From Negativicutes bacterium (lineage in GTDB: Bacteria > Bacillota > Negativicutes > UBA1444): a DNA stretch of 64,000 nucleotides. The DNA is taken from the NCBI GenBank assembly GCA_963665275.2, contig CAXXIN010000007.1, positions 416,001 through 480,000 of the forward strand. Direction: 5' to 3'. Under the pieces are notes generated by a model. It was given only the letters and a program-made list of their open reading frames with translations. It did no database searches and had not been told where the DNA came from. Position 1 is the first letter of the stretch. Each line of letters opens with the position of its first letter. Positions 19,727 through 29,368 of this stretch are shown here, piece after piece. A program made the position numbers and the translations under genes.

Positions 19727-20714
19727 TTTATCAATGGCGTTATTTGGGGTCATCTTCCTGGCGCTGGCTTTTGACTATATCAACGGATTTCACGATACGG
19801 CAAATGCCATCGCCACCTCAGTTTCCACCAGGGCGCTTTCACCTACGCAGGCGATCTGGATGGCTGCCGCATTGAATTTTTTGGGGGCCTTGTTTAGTAC
19901 GGGCGTTGCCAAAACGATTGGCGGCGATATCGTCAAATCAGCCTCGATGGTTGATCAAAACATTATCACTGCCGCCCTGGTCGGCGCCATCATCTGGAAT
20001 TTGGCCACCTGGTGGTTCGGCATTCCCAGCAGCTCTTCCCACGCCCTAGTCGGCGGAATCATCGGCGCTGTTGTCGTCGCTCGCGGTTGGGATCCCTTGA
20101 ATCTCGCCGGAATAGAAAAAATATTTTTGTCGCTGGTCATATCGCCGCTTATTGCCCTGGTAATCGGTTATCTATTGTTGATCCTGATGATGTGGCTGTT
20201 TCGGGGATTTCCTCCCCATACTTTGAGTACCGGTTTTGCCAGAGCTCAGATTGGCACCGCTGCTCTGATCGCTTTTTCACACGGGTCAAACGATGCACAG
20301 AAAGCGATGGGAATCATAACACTGGCTTTGCTCAGCGCCGGTGAAATTACCACGCTGGATGTACCCCTGTGGGTCAAAATGGCCTGCGCACTCTCCATGA
20401 GTCTGGGAACGGCAGCCGGCGGTTGGAAAATCATCAAAACAATGGGCACCGGCATTGCCCGTTTGGAACCTTTCAGCGGTTGCGCTGTTGAATTGACTTC
20501 ATCACTGGTTATCTTTTCCGCCACGCTTCTGCACTTGCCTGTCAGCACGACTCATGTCGTTTCCGGCTCTATCATGGGCATTGGCGCTTCCAACCGGATT
20601 CGTTCGGTCCGTTGGGGAGTTGCCCGCCAAATGCTGATGGCCTGGGTTTTGACGATTCCGCTGAGCGCATTTACCAGCGGTTTGTTTTACGTTATAGCAC
20701 GAAAACTTTTCTAA
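19719..20714 (+). CDS. pit: PiT inorganic phosphate transporter
   Basis: GFHDTANAIAT, PSSSSHAL, HGSNDAQK, PVSTTH. Confidence 0.93.
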   Translation: MPDLSMALFGVIFLALAFDYINGFHDTANAIATSVSTRALSPTQAIWMAAALNFLGALFSTGVAKTIGGDIVKSASMVDQNIITAALVGAIIWNLATWWFGIPSSSSHALVGGIIGAVVVARGWDPLNLAGIEKIFLSLVISPLIALVIGYLLLILMMWLFRGFPPHTLSTGFARAQIGTAALIAFSHGSNDAQKAMGIITLALLSAGEITTLDVPLWVKMACALSMSLGTAAGGWKIIKTMGTGIARLEPFSGCAVELTSSLVIFSATLLHLPVSTTHVVSGSIMGIGASNRIRSVRWGVARQMLMAWVLTIPLSAFTSGLFYVIARKLF

Positions 20715-20749
20715 CAAATTCATAATTTAGCTCAATCATCTAAAGAAAT

Positions 20750-20790
20750 AAGCCTCCGTTGCGATGCCATTGGCGCCGAACGGGGGCTTT
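20750..20790. terminator. Bidirectional terminator
   Basis: AAGCCTCCGTTTG...CGAACGGGGGCTT between convergent genes. Confidence 0.65.
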
Positions 20791-20810
20791 GACGTTACTG
20801 AAAAGGACTA

Positions 20811-22562
20811 TTATTTCGCCCGGAATTCACGCCACATTTCACTGACGGCCACCTGAACCCCACGAACAAAGTTGATCTTCCACAGTCCAGAAATCTGCGC
20901 TTCCAACTCACGTTTATCGCAAACTGTCGAGATATTGGCACTATCAACCTGCCCTTTGATAGCAATCAACAGTTCATTCCGCATATTTTCATCCGGTTCG
21001 GCAAGAATCTCATCGATTCGGTTCATCAGTCGAATCGCCCGGCGAATCCGTTCCTCGGTCGCCGCGGCCTGTTTTTCGCCAACCAGACCATACTTTACTT
21101 TTAACTGGTTGAAACGAAGACCCGCTTCATAAGTGGCATTGGCGATTTCATCCCGATTCATCCAGCGGGTTTCATAGTTCAGCACCAGTTTCCAGCTGGG
21201 TTGCACCAGTGCCTGACGATGTTCTTCCAGCGTGTTGTGCAAGAGCTTGTATCCATAACGTTCTGGGTCGTTGAACACTTCACTTCCAGGATCCAAGAAA
21301 GGTGCAAACGGTGAGATGAACGGAAACAGCCGGGGCTGTCCGCCGGTGTTGAATCGCTCCATTAGCCGTCCGCAATATTCTACGGTCTCCATCACCGAAT
21401 CATAAGTCTGCTCAGGCAACCCGATCATGAAAAACAGGTCGAATCGTTTGCATCCGGCATCCAGCGCTGCCGCAATCGTATCTTCCAACTCAGCGTTGCT
21501 GTAGGTCCGTCCAAATGCCGCCCGCACTTTTTCGTCATGAGATTCAGGTGACATCTGCAGGATAAAGTCCGGCGCCGCTTCAGCCAGTTTTTGAAAGAAA
21601 GACCGCGATGCAGGCGTCAATACTTCCAGAATCAGCTGATCAGTCGCACCTTTTACCAGTGAGAGGAATTTATCGGCATAGTTTTCCCCGCCGAAACGAA
21701 TGTCGCCGAGGACAAATACCGGACCGCGGCTCCACCGGGACATGCTCCAGATATCTGCCGCCAGATCCTCCGGACTCCGGTATGCCGGAGCTTCGCGCAT
21801 ACACATCGAGCTCATGGCCATCGAGGACCCGCCGCAGGTACGGCAACGGCACGAACAACCCCTGCAACTGAGCGCCGCCATGATGGGATACCGCAGCCAA
21901 TCGATGAAGGGGAGCGCGCCGATCAAATCCCGGCTCCGGACCACCGAACGGACAACCTGTGAATAATCCAGCCGCACATGATCCAATGTTTTCGGCACAT
22001 ATTCCAGCGGATTGACATGGACATTCCCGTCAGTATCCTTCCACGTCAGGTTGGGTATGGTTTCAAGCGCGGGAACTTGCGGTCCCTTTCCTGTGATGTG
22101 CCGCATCAACAAGAGCATTGGTTCCTCTGTTGAATCACCACGCAGCACAAAATCAGTTTCCGGCCGTGCTGCCAGCTCTTCGTGAAAGAAGGTCGACGAA
22201 AATCCGCCGAACATCAGTGGAATCGACGGATGCAGTTTTTTCAACAGGCTCCCCACAGCTAGCGCGCCATGCGCGTGCGGCAGCCAATGCAGGTCAATCC
22301 CGAAAGCTTTGGGGTTTAGTTTGGCCAGAAATTTTTCGGCATCGAAGTCACGGTCTCGCATCATGAGTACTGCGAGGTTCACGATCCGCACCCGGAAGCC
22401 ATCGCGTTCCAGGTATTCCGCCAGCGTAGTGAATCCGATCGGATACATTTCAAACACCGGCGTAGATGGAACCAGGTCGCTCACCGGGCCATAAAGAATC
22501 GACTCCTTGCGAAAGTCATATACACTCGGGGCATGGATCAAAATCAGGTCATCTTGTTTCAT
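20811..22562 (-). CDS. B12-binding radical SAM protein, TIGR04190-like
   Basis: N-terminus LIHAPSVYDFRK...GPVSDLVPSTPVFEMYPIGF, GIDLHWLPHAHG, CSCRCRTC (CxxxCxxC), PFLDPGS. Confidence 0.8.
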   Translation of the reverse strand: MKQDDLILIHAPSVYDFRKESILYGPVSDLVPSTPVFEMYPIGFTTLAEYLERDGFRVRIVNLAVLMMRDRDFDAEKFLAKLNPKAFGIDLHWLPHAHGALAVGSLLKKLHPSIPLMFGGFSSTFFHEELAARPETDFVLRGDSTEEPMLLLMRHITGKGPQVPALETIPNLTWKDTDGNVHVNPLEYVPKTLDHVRLDYSQVVRSVVRSRDLIGALPFIDWLRYPIMAALSCRGCSCRCRTCGGSSMAMSSMCMREAPAYRSPEDLAADIWSMSRWSRGPVFVLGDIRFGGENYADKFLSLVKGATDQLILEVLTPASRSFFQKLAEAAPDFILQMSPESHDEKVRAAFGRTYSNAELEDTIAAALDAGCKRFDLFFMIGLPEQTYDSVMETVEYCGRLMERFNTGGQPRLFPFISPFAPFLDPGSEVFNDPERYGYKLLHNTLEEHRQALVQPSWKLVLNYETRWMNRDEIANATYEAGLRFNQLKVKYGLVGEKQAAATEERIRRAIRLMNRIDEILAEPDENMRNELLIAIKGQVDSANISTVCDKRELEAQISGLWKINFVRGVQVAVSEMWREFRAK

Positions 22563-22574
22563 ATTGGCTCCATC

Positions 22575-23495
22575 CTATAATTTGCCTAGCAAACGGAATC
22601 CATAATCGAGTAACAGCGTAGAATCCTGAAAACGAGTCTCACCGCCATTGAGGACAACAGCGATCAGCTGTACGTCGCCACGTCGGGCCGACGACACGAG
22701 ACACTTCCCTGCCGCACGAGTTTCGCCGGTCTTGACGCCAATCGCCCCTTGATAGGTCATGAGCAGCTTATTGGTGTTTACCAGTGAAGTTCCTTTGGCC
22801 CTATTCTGAAACATGACGGTATGATAAGGCGTTGAAACGAACTCCTCGAATCCTCTGACTTTATAACCGGCATCAGCAATCAAGGCCAGATCATATGCTG
22901 AAGTAAAATGATTCACCGGATCGGGCAGGCCATGCGGATTCGAAAAATGAGTACGTAGCGCGCCAATTCTCTCCGCATCTTCATTCATCCAGTTGATGAA
23001 TTTTCGGGACGACCCTCCGCCGACATTTTCAGCCACCGCTTCCGCAGCATCATTGCCTGACACCAACATGAGCCCATATAGCAATTCGCGCAAGGACAAA
23101 CGATCCAAAAGCCGCAGTTCCAGACTGGAACCTTCGGTTCCTACCGGGCCTGGCCCGACTACTACCGTATCGTTCAGATTTCCATGCTTAAGCGCCGTGA
23201 TCAGCGTCATCATTTTGGTCGTACTGGCCGGATACATGATTTTGTGGGCATCCTTCTCAAACAAAACCTGCTTGCTGCCTGCAATCATGAGAATAGCCGT
23301 TTCGCTCTTCACTACCGGCGCAGGAAGGCTCGGTGCTTTCACTTCAACCCGGGCAACCGCAGAGGGCGCTCTTGTGTCAGGAGCCGAAGTCGCCGCGACA
23401 GTGACTGCGTTATCAAGCAAAGCGGCAATCAGTACTACCCCAAGAAAAACTCCAACAATCAATTGATTTCGGTTTTTAATATATACCACTCCCAT
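22575..23495 (-). CDS. D-alanyl-D-alanine carboxypeptidase (peptidase S11); start uncertain
   Basis: SxxK (STTK), SGN, NPHGL and KTG motifs; N-terminal signal/TM segment. Confidence 0.9.
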   Translation of the reverse strand: MGVVYIKNRNQLIVGVFLGVVLIAALLDNAVTVAATSAPDTRAPSAVARVEVKAPSLPAPVVKSETAILMIAGSKQVLFEKDAHKIMYPASTTKMMTLITALKHGNLNDTVVVGPGPVGTEGSSLELRLLDRLSLRELLYGLMLVSGNDAAEAVAENVGGGSSRKFINWMNEDAERIGALRTHFSNPHGLPDPVNHFTSAYDLALIADAGYKVRGFEEFVSTPYHTVMFQNRAKGTSLVNTNKLLMTYQGAIGVKTGETRAAGKCLVSSARRGDVQLIAVVLNGGETRFQDSTLLLDYGFRLLGKL

Positions 23496-23582
23496 TCTTC
23501 GCCATGAAAGCAAACAGAAGGAGGTTGTCAAAACCCCCTTCTGCATGCGATGAAAAAGTGCGCGGGTTACTTCAAAGCATTT

Positions 23583-23672
23583 TCAACCGTAAGTTTTCTT
23601 CTCTTTTTTCACCTTGGTATCACTGGGTTTTTTCTTGTCGGTCTTTTTCGAAGCCTGCTCTTTGTTTGCCAT
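23583..23672 (-). CDS. Small Lys-rich peptide (29 aa), absent from the ORF track
   Basis: AAGGAGG SD before ATG 23672; reads MANKEQASKKTDKKKPSDTKVKKEKKTYG*; hairpin downstream near 23516-23543. Confidence 0.65.
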   Translation of the reverse strand: MANKEQASKKTDKKKPSDTKVKKEKKTYG

Positions 23673-23865
23673 AATACAAAATCCTCCTTGTAGATTGGGT
23701 TAATTTAAGATAAAGTTTTTCTTTGATACTTATTAATTTGACATCGGTTCAAAAACTCCTACCGGGTGAAACGAAAATCATCAGAGGAAATTTTCATCTA
23801 CGGGTCGAATTGTTTTTTGATAAGCAAAATGCACTTGTCAAAATTTCCGAATAGGAGTGATCATT

Positions 23866-25469
23866 TTGACCCCGAAAAAAACTTGCCGCGCTCTTGGTTA
23901 TTCTATTAATAACCATTTCCATGTTGTCGGTCACTGGTTGCGGCGGCAAATCCGGCCCGAAATATCTGCGCTATTCGGTTGGCACAGAACCGGAAACGCT
24001 CGATCCCCGCAAATCGACAGGAATTCCTGAAGCCACCGTGGAAGCCCAGCTGTTCGAAGGCCTGACCACTTTGGATGCGAAGAATGCTCCGGTTCCAGCG
24101 ATGGCCGAAAAATGGGAAATCAGCGCGGACGGCCTAAAGTATAAATTCATCTTGCGCCCGGGCATCAAATGGTCCAATGGCGACCCCGTGACCGCCTATG
24201 ACTTCGAATACGGCTGGAAAACGGCTTTATCGCCGGAGCTTGGCAGCAAATACGCTTACCAGTTATTTTATGTAAAGAATGGTGAAGCCTATAACAAAGG
24301 GCTAACCACTGCAGATAATGTCGGAATCAAAGCACTCGACGACAAGACGCTGGAAGTGATACTAGAAAAACCGACAGCCTATTTTTTATCGTTGACCGCC
24401 TTTCACACCCTTTATCCGGTTCCACGCCGGATCGTCGAAGCCAATCCCAAATGGGCCGCCGATCCCAAGACGCTTGTCGGCAACGGCCCTTTTAAAATCG
24501 CCGCCTGGGTCCATAACTCGCGCATTGAGCTCGTAAAGAACGATCAATACTGGGATGCCGGCAAAGTCAAGATGCCCAAACTGGATTTCATCCTGACCGA
24601 GTCAGGCAGCACAGAACTGGCAATGTTCGACAACAACCAGATTGATATGGGAGACAACGCCCCTCCGGCTGAATATCCACGACTCAAAAAAAGAAGGCCG
24701 GTTGCAGATTTCTCCGTACCTTGGCACCTATTTCTTCTCGTACAATGTAACCAAGGCGCCCCTGGACAACGTGAAAGTCCGCCAGGCGCTCACCCTGGCC
24801 CTGGACCGCCAGGCAATCATCGACAACGTGACCAAGGGTGAACAAAAAGCCGCGTTCGCCTGGGTGCCGCCTGGAATGGCAGATGCAGCGCCAACTGCTG
24901 ATTTTCGCACCGTGGGCGGCGATTATTTCAAAGACCGGAATATTGAAGCCGCCAAAAAACTACTTGCCGAGGCGGGCTATCCTGATGGGAAAGGCCTGCC
25001 CCCCATCGAGCTGATCTACAACACCAGTGACGTGCATAAAGCCATCGCCGAAGCCGTCCAGGAAATGTGGCGGAAAAACCTTGGCGTCAATGTCACGATT
25101 AATAACCAGGAATGGAAAGTTTTCATCAATACACGCAGCAAGGGCGATTATCAGATCGCACGTCACGGCTGGATAGGGGATTACGCCGACCCCATGACTT
25201 TCATCGATATGTTCGACTCCGCCAGCGGAAACAATGATTCCCACTATAAGAATCCCCAATTTGATGCTCTGGTCCGGCTGGCGAAATCCACCGGCAATCA
25301 GGAAATCCGAATGAAAGCGATGCATGAGGCGGAAAAACTGTTGATGGATGATGCCGTGATTGCTCCGGTGTACTATTATACCCGTGTTATGATGGTCAAA
25401 CCCAATATCAAAGGTTACCAACGCTCGGTACTCGGACACGTTTATTTCAAGGAGGCCTATGTGGAGTGA
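23866..25469 (+). CDS. oppA: Oligopeptide ABC transporter substrate-binding lipoprotein (extra A in runs near 23880 and 24690)
   Basis: Lipobox VTGC, TLDP, WSNGDPVTAYDF, NGPFK, GWIGDYADP. ORFs 23894..24841 and 24642..25469 join; SD GGAG precedes TTG 23866. Confidence 0.9.
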
Positions 25470-25475
25470 TGCCCT

Positions 25476-26408
25476 GTGTTTAAACTGATTATTGGTCGCT
25501 TTATTTCCATGACGCTGGTCCTGTGGGTCATCGTCACTGCCACGTTTGTGCTGATGCATGCCATCCCCGGTGGTCCCTTCACTGCCGAAAAAGCATTGCC
25601 GGAAGCCGTTCTGAAAAATATCGAATCCCGCTATCACCTCAACGATCCCCTGTCCAAACAGTATCTGGATTATTGGGCGAATTTACTGCAGGGCGATCTT
25701 GGTCCTTCCTTCAAATATGAATCCCGCACCGTCAATGAAATCATTGCGGAGAGTTTTCCCGTTTCTGCCGAGCTCGGCATGGTGGCGGTTTCCCTGTCCG
25801 TTCTGATCGGCATTCCTGCCGGCATGGCCGGCGCCTTGTACCACAACCGCTGGCCGGATCATCTGGTCATGTTGTTCGCGACCTTTGGAATCTCGGTCCC
25901 CAGTTTTATTTTGGCCACTGTCCTCATTTATATTTTTGCACTCTGGCTCAATCTGCTCCCTGCCGCCATGTGGGGAGGACCTGAATTCACGATTCTCCCT
26001 GCCCTTGCTCTGGCCGGCATGCCCACCGCATTCATCGCCCGTTTGACCCGTTCGAGCATGCTCGAGGTGCTGTCGCAGGACTATATCCGAACAGCCCGGG
26101 CCAAAGGACTGACCCCATTTCACATCATGTGGCAGCACGCGTTGAAAAATGCGTTATTACCTGTTGTCACCTATCTGGGCCCGATGATCGCCGCCATTTT
26201 CACCGGCAGTTTCGTTATCGAATCCATCTTTGCGATTCCCGGTCTGGGCCGACATTTCGTCACTAGTATCTACAACCGCGATTACACTGTGATTTTGGGC
26301 ATCACTATTTTTTACAGTGTCATCCTGGTATTTATGAATTTCCTGGTAGACCTCGCTTATCTCTGGCTTGATCCACGAATCAAAATCGGCGGGGAGGAGA
26401 ATCAATGA
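25476..26408 (+). CDS. oppB: Oligopeptide ABC permease
   Basis: PGGPF, GDLGPS, YIRTARAKGL, RDY, DPRI. Confidence 0.93.
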   Translation: MFKLIIGRFISMTLVLWVIVTATFVLMHAIPGGPFTAEKALPEAVLKNIESRYHLNDPLSKQYLDYWANLLQGDLGPSFKYESRTVNEIIAESFPVSAELGMVAVSLSVLIGIPAGMAGALYHNRWPDHLVMLFATFGISVPSFILATVLIYIFALWLNLLPAAMWGGPEFTILPALALAGMPTAFIARLTRSSMLEVLSQDYIRTARAKGLTPFHIMWQHALKNALLPVVTYLGPMIAAIFTGSFVIESIFAIPGLGRHFVTSIYNRDYTVILGITIFYSVILVFMNFLVDLAYLWLDPRIKIGGEENQ

Positions 26409-27307
26409 TGGACTTCTCACCGCTTAAACCCGAATCGGCAATCGCTGCGAAGACACTGCGCCCTCACATTGGCTTCCGTCAGGATGCCTGGCTCCGGTTA
26501 AAAAAGAACAAAGCAGCCATGGCCGGCTTGGGAATCATCATTTTCATCGGCTTGCTGGCCATTTTTGGCCCCATGTTTTCCCCCTATTCATACTCGGACC
26601 AGTCTCTCACCGATGCCAACCAGCCCCCGTCCGGCGCCCATTGGTTCGGCACCGACAACTTGGGCCGCGACCTGGCGACCCGTGTCTGTTATGGCGCAAG
26701 GATCTCCTTGTCGATCGGCATTGTAGCCAGCCTGATCAATTTAGGTATTGGAGTTCTATACGGAGGGATCTCCGGATATTTCGGCGGCAAGATCGACAGC
26801 GTCATGATGCGGATCGTTGATATACTGTATGGTATCCCGTTACTTTTATATGTCATCTTGCTGATGGTTGTTCTTAAGCCCGGTCTGATGAATGTGTTTA
26901 TCGCGCTCGGCCTGGTCTATTGGCTGCGGATGGCACGCATCGTCCGCGCTCAGGTGCTGGGTCTGAAAGAGCTGGAATACGTTCTGGCTGCCCGCATTCT
27001 CGGCGCCAGTCATCAACGTCTCATTTTCGGGCATCTTCTTCCCAACAGCTTGGGACCGATTATCGTGACGCTGACGCTTTCGATCCCGGAAGCAATATTC
27101 ACAGAAGCTTTCCTCAGCTTTATCGGTCTCGGCGTATCCGCTCCTATGGCCAGTTGGGGCGTGTTGGCTTCAGAGGGAGTTGTCACCCTGCGTTCCTATC
27201 CCTTTCAGCTCTTTGCGCCAGCTGTTGCCATCAGTCTGACCATGCTGGGTTTTAATTTTTTCGGGGATGGATTGCGAGACGCTCTGGATCCGCGAATGCG
27301 CCGCTAA
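26405..27307 (+). CDS. oppC: Oligopeptide ABC permease
   Basis: HWFGTDNLGRD, EYVLAARILGA, GDGLRDALDP. Confidence 0.93.
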   Translation: MMDFSPLKPESAIAAKTLRPHIGFRQDAWLRLKKNKAAMAGLGIIIFIGLLAIFGPMFSPYSYSDQSLTDANQPPSGAHWFGTDNLGRDLATRVCYGARISLSIGIVASLINLGIGVLYGGISGYFGGKIDSVMMRIVDILYGIPLLLYVILLMVVLKPGLMNVFIALGLVYWLRMARIVRAQVLGLKELEYVLAARILGASHQRLIFGHLLPNSLGPIIVTLTLSIPEAIFTEAFLSFIGLGVSAPMASWGVLASEGVVTLRSYPFQLFAPAVAISLTMLGFNFFGDGLRDALDPRMRR

Positions 27308-27351
27308 CGTCGAGCTCACATCTGATTTCAATTTGGGAAGGATAGATTTTA

Positions 27352-28365
27352 TTGGCTTCTCTACTGTCCGTAAAAAATCTGCACGTCCAGTTCAGGACAT
27401 ATGCCGGCATAGTAAAGGCCCTGCGGGGAGTCGACTTTGAGCTTGATGCCGGCGATATCATAGGAATCGTGGGCGAATCCGGTTGTGGCAAAACCGTCAC
27501 AGCTAGTGCCATCATGGGAATCATCCCTTCACCGCCCGGTGAAATCACTGAAGGGGAAGTCTGGTTCGAAGGCCGCGACCTTTTAAAACTTAGTGAATCT
27601 GAAGCCCGCGTTCTGCGCGGATGCGCACTGAGCATGATCTTTCAGGATCCGATGACATCGCTGAATCCAGTCCTCACGATTGGCACCCAACTCATGGAGC
27701 CTTTTACGGAACACCTTTCCCTCCCCCGCTCAGAAGCACGTGATCGGGCCGAAGAATTGCTCCGCCTTGTCGGCATCTCCGATCCCGCTTCCCGGCTTCG
27801 CCAGTATCCGCACCAGCTGAGCGGCGGCATGCGTCAGCGTGTGATGATTGCCATGGCCCTCGCCTGCAATCCCAAGCTGCTGTTTGCCGATGAACCGACA
27901 ACCGCTCTTGACGTTACAGTTCAGGCTCAAATCCTGGACCTGCTGAAAAAACTCAATCGGGAATTGAATACAACCATCGTTCTGATCACGCATGACTTGG
28001 GAGTGGTGGCGGGTCTATGCCGCAAGGTTCTGGTCATGTATGCCGGTGAGATTGTAGAATCTGCTTCAGTCAATGACCTGTATGCAACGCCGCGTCATCC
28101 TTATACTCTGGGGCTCTTGCAGTCAGTTCCCCGTCCAGATTCCTCCGGCCAAAAACTGCTTACTATCGACGGGCAGCCGCCTGACCTTATCGTGCCGCCA
28201 TCTGGCTGCGCCTTCCTGCCACGTTGCCGTTTTGCGATGCAGGCCTGTCTGAATGCGCCTCCCCTGTTTGCCGTGACAGCTGATCATCATGCACGTTGCT
28301 GGCTGAATCACCCGGATTCACCTAACAGCCCGCATGAAGTTTTGGTATTGGGGGCAAGGCCATGA
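27352..28365 (+). CDS. oppD: Oligopeptide ABC ATPase
   Basis: GESGCGKT, LSGGMRQR, DEPTTALD, HPYT, C-terminal Cys cluster. Confidence 0.93.
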   Translation: MASLLSVKNLHVQFRTYAGIVKALRGVDFELDAGDIIGIVGESGCGKTVTASAIMGIIPSPPGEITEGEVWFEGRDLLKLSESEARVLRGCALSMIFQDPMTSLNPVLTIGTQLMEPFTEHLSLPRSEARDRAEELLRLVGISDPASRLRQYPHQLSGGMRQRVMIAMALACNPKLLFADEPTTALDVTVQAQILDLLKKLNRELNTTIVLITHDLGVVAGLCRKVLVMYAGEIVESASVNDLYATPRHPYTLGLLQSVPRPDSSGQKLLTIDGQPPDLIVPPSGCAFLPRCRFAMQACLNAPPLFAVTADHHARCWLNHPDSPNSPHEVLVLGARP

Positions 28366-29345
28366 CGCGCCCGCTTATTGAAGTACGAAACCTCTCCAAG
28401 CATTTTGTCCTCAATCGGACCTGGAACGGCCGTCCGCTCACAGTCGTTCAGGCTGTCGAGGACGTCAGTTTTTCCATCCTGCCGGGCGAAACACTAGGCC
28501 TGGTCGGCGAAACAGGCTGCGGCAAGTCCACCGTCGGGCGGACCCTGGTGGGTCTCTATGAGCCTTCCTCCGGCACCGCGCATCTGGAAGGAATCGATAT
28601 TCACGCAGCGTTGCGTTCCCCTGATCACAGAGTTTTTCGCCGCAGACTGCAGATGATATTTCAGGATCCGTATGCGTCACTCGACCCGCGAATGACCGTC
28701 GGTGATATCGTCGGTGAGCCTTTGGATATACACCATCTGGCAATAGGCAATGAACGTCGCGACCGAATTGATGAACTGTTGATGCAGGTAGGGCTGGACC
28801 CGGAACATGCCGGACGGTTTCCGCATGAATTTTCCGGCGGACAGCGGCAACGGGTGGGAATTGCCCGTTCATTGGCCGCTCAGCCTGAAGTCATTGTGTG
28901 CGATGAACCTATTTCGGCGCTGGACGTATCGATTCAGGCGCAGGTCATCAATCTGATGCAGGACATCCAGGAGAAACTAGGACTCACTTACCTTTTTATC
29001 GCACATGATCTTTCCATGGTCCGGCACATCAGTCACCGGATTGCCGTGATGTATCTCGGATCCCTCGTTGAAATCGCCACCAGCGCCGAGCTTTTCCGGG
29101 AACCGCGCCATCCCTACACGCAGGCGCTGCTCTCTGCCATCCCCCTGCCTGACCCACAGCTAGAGGCCGCGCGCGAAAGAATATTCATGCCCGGGGAAGT
29201 ACCGAGCCCGATCAATCCGCCTTCCGGCTGCCGTTTCCGAACCCGCTGCCAGTATGCGATGCCGGTCTGCGCCGAAAAGAAACCGGTCCTGACCAAGGAC
29301 GGAACCGAACATCAGACTGCCTGCCATCGAGTTCACCCGTTATAA
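28362..29345 (+). CDS. oppF: Oligopeptide ABC ATPase
   Basis: GETGCGKS, FSGGQRQR, DEPISALD, PPSGCRFRTRC. Confidence 0.93.
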   Translation: MTRPLIEVRNLSKHFVLNRTWNGRPLTVVQAVEDVSFSILPGETLGLVGETGCGKSTVGRTLVGLYEPSSGTAHLEGIDIHAALRSPDHRVFRRRLQMIFQDPYASLDPRMTVGDIVGEPLDIHHLAIGNERRDRIDELLMQVGLDPEHAGRFPHEFSGGQRQRVGIARSLAAQPEVIVCDEPISALDVSIQAQVINLMQDIQEKLGLTYLFIAHDLSMVRHISHRIAVMYLGSLVEIATSAELFREPRHPYTQALLSAIPLPDPQLEAARERIFMPGEVPSPINPPSGCRFRTRCQYAMPVCAEKKPVLTKDGTEHQTACHRVHPL

Positions 29346-29368
29346 ATCAATTTCAGGAGGACTATGAT

